Positions 62,118 through 64,000 of a DNA stretch of 64,000 nucleotides are shown here, piece by piece. This DNA comes from Oscillospiraceae bacterium (GTDB lineage Bacteria > Bacillota > Clostridia > Oscillospirales > Ruminococcaceae): the NCBI GenBank assembly GCA_021203065.1, contig JAJQBX010000021.1:130514-194513 (forward strand), written 5' to 3'. Under the pieces are notes generated by a model. The model was not told where the DNA came from. It searched no databases and was given only the letters and a program-made list of their open reading frames with translations. Positions within the stretch are counted from its first letter, which is position 1. Each line of letters opens with the position of its first letter. The translations under genes and the position numbers were made by a program.

Positions 62118-63365
62118 TTATTCTATCGAAAGAAATTCTTCCGGAATGTAACTGAGCACCTTGTCAATTGTGTCCTGCGTGAACCCCGAGCAGCCGTGGG
62201 CAGAAAGCAGTTCATCCGTATAGGTGGCATACGGCTCAATGTGAATATTCGAGTAGTTGTAGCCATACTGCGTGATGATAGGAATCGCCTTAACGTTCTC
62301 AATGGTCACTTCGCCGGTGTCCATGTTCTTGGTGATTTCGAGCTTTCCGATGATTCCCACCATCGCAAGCGGGTCTGCCATCGCCGAGACGAGGTTTCCA
62401 AGCCCATAGAAGACGAACGCCTGCCCGCCATCCGGCTTGTCTATGTACTCCATGGTCTCAACAGTGTGCGCCTGAGTCCCGATGATGAGGTCTGCGCCCC
62501 ATTCAACCAGCTGCGGAGTAAGGGATATTTGCAGGCTCGAAAGCTCATTTGAGACCTCCGTCCCATAGTGAACAGAAACAACGACGACGTCGGCAATGCT
62601 GTCAGCATACCTAACCTGCTCCTCGATAAGCTCCATATTGTCATCGGTAATCCTGATAATCCAGCACTCGGTGTCGGACGGCAGATAGAGCCCATTTGTA
62701 TGCTGTGTATACCCCAAGAAAGCAAAGGTTATGCCGTTGACCTCCATAGTGCGGATGTTATTCATGTCCTCTTCGCTCTCATATGCGCCGTAAACGACCA
62801 CATCCTCCTGCTCTTTCCAGAAGTTCAGAGTGGCCAAAAGCCCCGTTTCGCCTCTGTCCAAGACATGATTGTTTGAAATCGAGATGACGTTGAATCCAAG
62901 GTCAACCATCTTTCGCCCTAAATCCCCGGGCGAGCAGAAATTGGGGTAATCGCTCGGCTCAAGCTCATCTGTTACGATAGTTTCCTGATTTAAAATCGCA
63001 ATATCGACGCCCTCGAAGTAGCTCTCAATGCTCTCATAGACATAGTCAAAGTCATAGCCGTCCTCGTCGCCGTTTGCCTTGGCTCTTCTTTTCGCCTGAT
63101 TGTAGATAGACGAATGTATGAGATTGTCCCCGGCACATAAAAGACTTACAGTCCTTATATCCGGTTCAGGCTCGGCAGTTGTGACAGTCGTAGCTTCGGT
63201 TGTGACAGTGGTAGCTTCTGTTGTAGCCTCGGTGGCGGCAGTAGTAGCCTCGGTGACCTCAGATGCAGTAGTTTCCGATGGATTGTCCTCAACAATCTGA
63301 GTGCAGGCGACGGTAGTCATGAGACTTGCAGCTGCAATCAGTGTCGCAATAATTCTTTTAAGCAT
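62118..63365 (-). CDS. CapA/PgsA-family metallophosphatase-like lipoprotein
   Basis: ATG at 63365 lies after GGAG. MLKRIIATLIAAASLMTTVAC lipobox, a T/E/A repeat linker, then CapA motifs (LLCAGDNLIH, SNNHVLD). Confidence 0.8.
   Translation of the reverse strand: MLKRIIATLIAAASLMTTVACTQIVEDNPSETTASEVTEATTAATEATTEATTVTTEATTVTTAEPEPDIRTVSLLCAGDNLIHSSIYNQAKRRAKANGDEDGYDFDYVYESIESYFEGVDIAILNQETIVTDELEPSDYPNFCSPGDLGRKMVDLGFNVISISNNHVLDRGETGLLATLNFWKEQEDVVVYGAYESEEDMNNIRTMEVNGITFAFLGYTQHTNGLYLPSDTECWIIRITDDNMELIEEQVRYADSIADVVVVSVHYGTEVSNELSSLQISLTPQLVEWGADLIIGTQAHTVETMEYIDKPDGGQAFVFYGLGNLVSAMADPLAMVGIIGKLEITKNMDTGEVTIENVKAIPIITQYGYNYSNIHIEPYATYTDELLSAHGCSGFTQDTIDKVLSYIPEEFLSIE
63179..63220. repeat. 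21-nt tandem duplication inside the CapA linker (encodes EATTVTT x2)
   Basis: gttgtgacagtcgtagcttcg / gttgtgacagtggtagcttct on the plus strand. Confidence 0.7.
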
Positions 63366-63520
63366 TTCTATAATCTCCAAGTCTTTTTCATTTTCAGAGA
63401 GTATTATAACAAAAATCTGAGCGAAAAACAATACCGCAAGTGCGATTTGGCACAACTTTTTGCAGGAAAAAATAAAACAGCCGGAGGCGTTCAAACCTCC
63501 GGCTAAAATGTTTATATCGT

Positions 63521-64000
63521 TCAGCCAAGATATTCTTTCAAAGTAGCTCTTACAGCACCCGTTCCCGAAACCTCTTTCAGGAAAATCTCAGTAATCTTCT
63601 TGGAAAGACCGTTCCTGACCAGATCCGTTCCGAAAATCTCGGAATTCGAGAGAATACTATCAAGCTTATCTCCGACAGTCTCCGGTTTTCCAAGCTCGAT
63701 TCCTGTCAGGTGAGCCTTGAGCTCGTCCTTGAGCGGGTCGCTTGAAATCTCCATAGCCTCACCGTTATCGTCGACGCCAAGAAGGTATCTGAGCCAACCT
63801 GCAATAGCAAGCGGAACTGCTGTAAGCTTTTCAACATCGCCATTCGCCTCATAGCTCTTGATGGTCTCGCCGAAGCGGATTCCCACCTTCTGGGAAGTGT
63901 CGGTGGCGATTCTCTGCGGAGCGTCAGGCATGAACGGGTTAGGAAGTCTCTCGTTTATAACCTCGTCTATAAACGCCTTTGGAGAGAGGATTCCCGGGTC
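63521..64000 (-). CDS. Mannitol dehydrogenase-family oxidoreductase (fructuronate reductase UxuB-like), C-terminal part; continues beyond the right edge
   Basis: The frame stays open to position 64000 (DPGILSPKAFIDEVINERLPNPFMPDAPQRIATD...). IAGWLRYLLGVDDNGEAMEISSDPL resembles the UxuB C-terminal domain. Confidence 0.65.
   Translation of the reverse strand, partial: DPGILSPKAFIDEVINERLPNPFMPDAPQRIATDTSQKVGIRFGETIKSYEANGDVEKLTAVPLAIAGWLRYLLGVDDNGEAMEISSDPLKDELKAHLTGIELGKPETVGDKLDSILSNSEIFGTDLVRNGLSKKITEIFLKEVSGTGAVRATLKEYLG

Noticed and set aside
1-64000. rRNA, tRNA, tmRNA, RNase P, CRISPR arrays, transposases, integrases and prophage blocks.
   Set aside because: I scanned for hallmark strings: the tRNA T-loop GGTTCGAATCC-like motif, regularly spaced 25-40-nt repeats, DDE/tyrosine-recombinase-like ORFs and phage structural genes. 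None was found. The three low-GC islets lack mobility genes, so none is called a mobile element.

Overview
This is a gene-dense chromosomal segment with about 55 protein genes on both strands. Gene content, lipoprotein style and strong GGAGG-type Shine-Dalgarno (SD) sites suggest a Clostridia / Ruminococcaceae-like gut Firmicute. That assignment is inference only, because no rRNA or tRNA is present to anchor it. Blocks in order: (1) 0-10.3 kb holds secreted and lipoprotein genes: a tannase-like esterase, GH43, acidic low-complexity lipoproteins and two large beta-helix-like surface proteins. (2) 10.3-18.7 kb holds a complete 8-gene shikimate/Phe/Tyr operon, preceded by a Tyr/Phe-rich leader peptide plus terminator (a putative ribosome-mediated attenuator). 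(3) DegV - membrane XRE regulator - DegV. (4) 21.3-28 kb holds pstSCAB-phoU-phoPR with Pho-box-like repeats. (5) 28-35.5 kb holds GDP-L-fucose salvage (fkp) and de novo (gmd-fcl-manC) genes with an AraC regulator. (6) 35.5-38.1 kb holds an orphan cassette of an HprK-like kinase, a PqqD-like RiPP recognition element (RRE), a SipW-like S24/S26 peptidase and a membrane protein. This is my best candidate for an undescribed system. (7) A P1B-type ATPase, a low-GC putative nuclease gene behind a ~260-nt structured leader, folA-thyA, carD, rlmH and murA. (8) An FGGY sugar kinase, a spermidine-synthase-like membrane protein, and a low-GC AlbA_2/Schlafen-like ATPase islet with iteron-like repeats. (9) Housekeeping genes, a third paralogous surface protein with a paralogous SD-sequestering leader, a low-GC lipoprotein insertion flanked by copies of the MGMT 3' end, GH31, CapA and a uxuB-like partial gene. 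A GC-rich palindromic intergenic repeat family carrying GCGAAGC mini-hairpins occurs at four loci. I recognised no rRNA, tRNA, CRISPR array, transposase or integrase. All coordinates of sub-ORF-track features were counted by hand. GC and identity statements are by-eye estimates, not computations.
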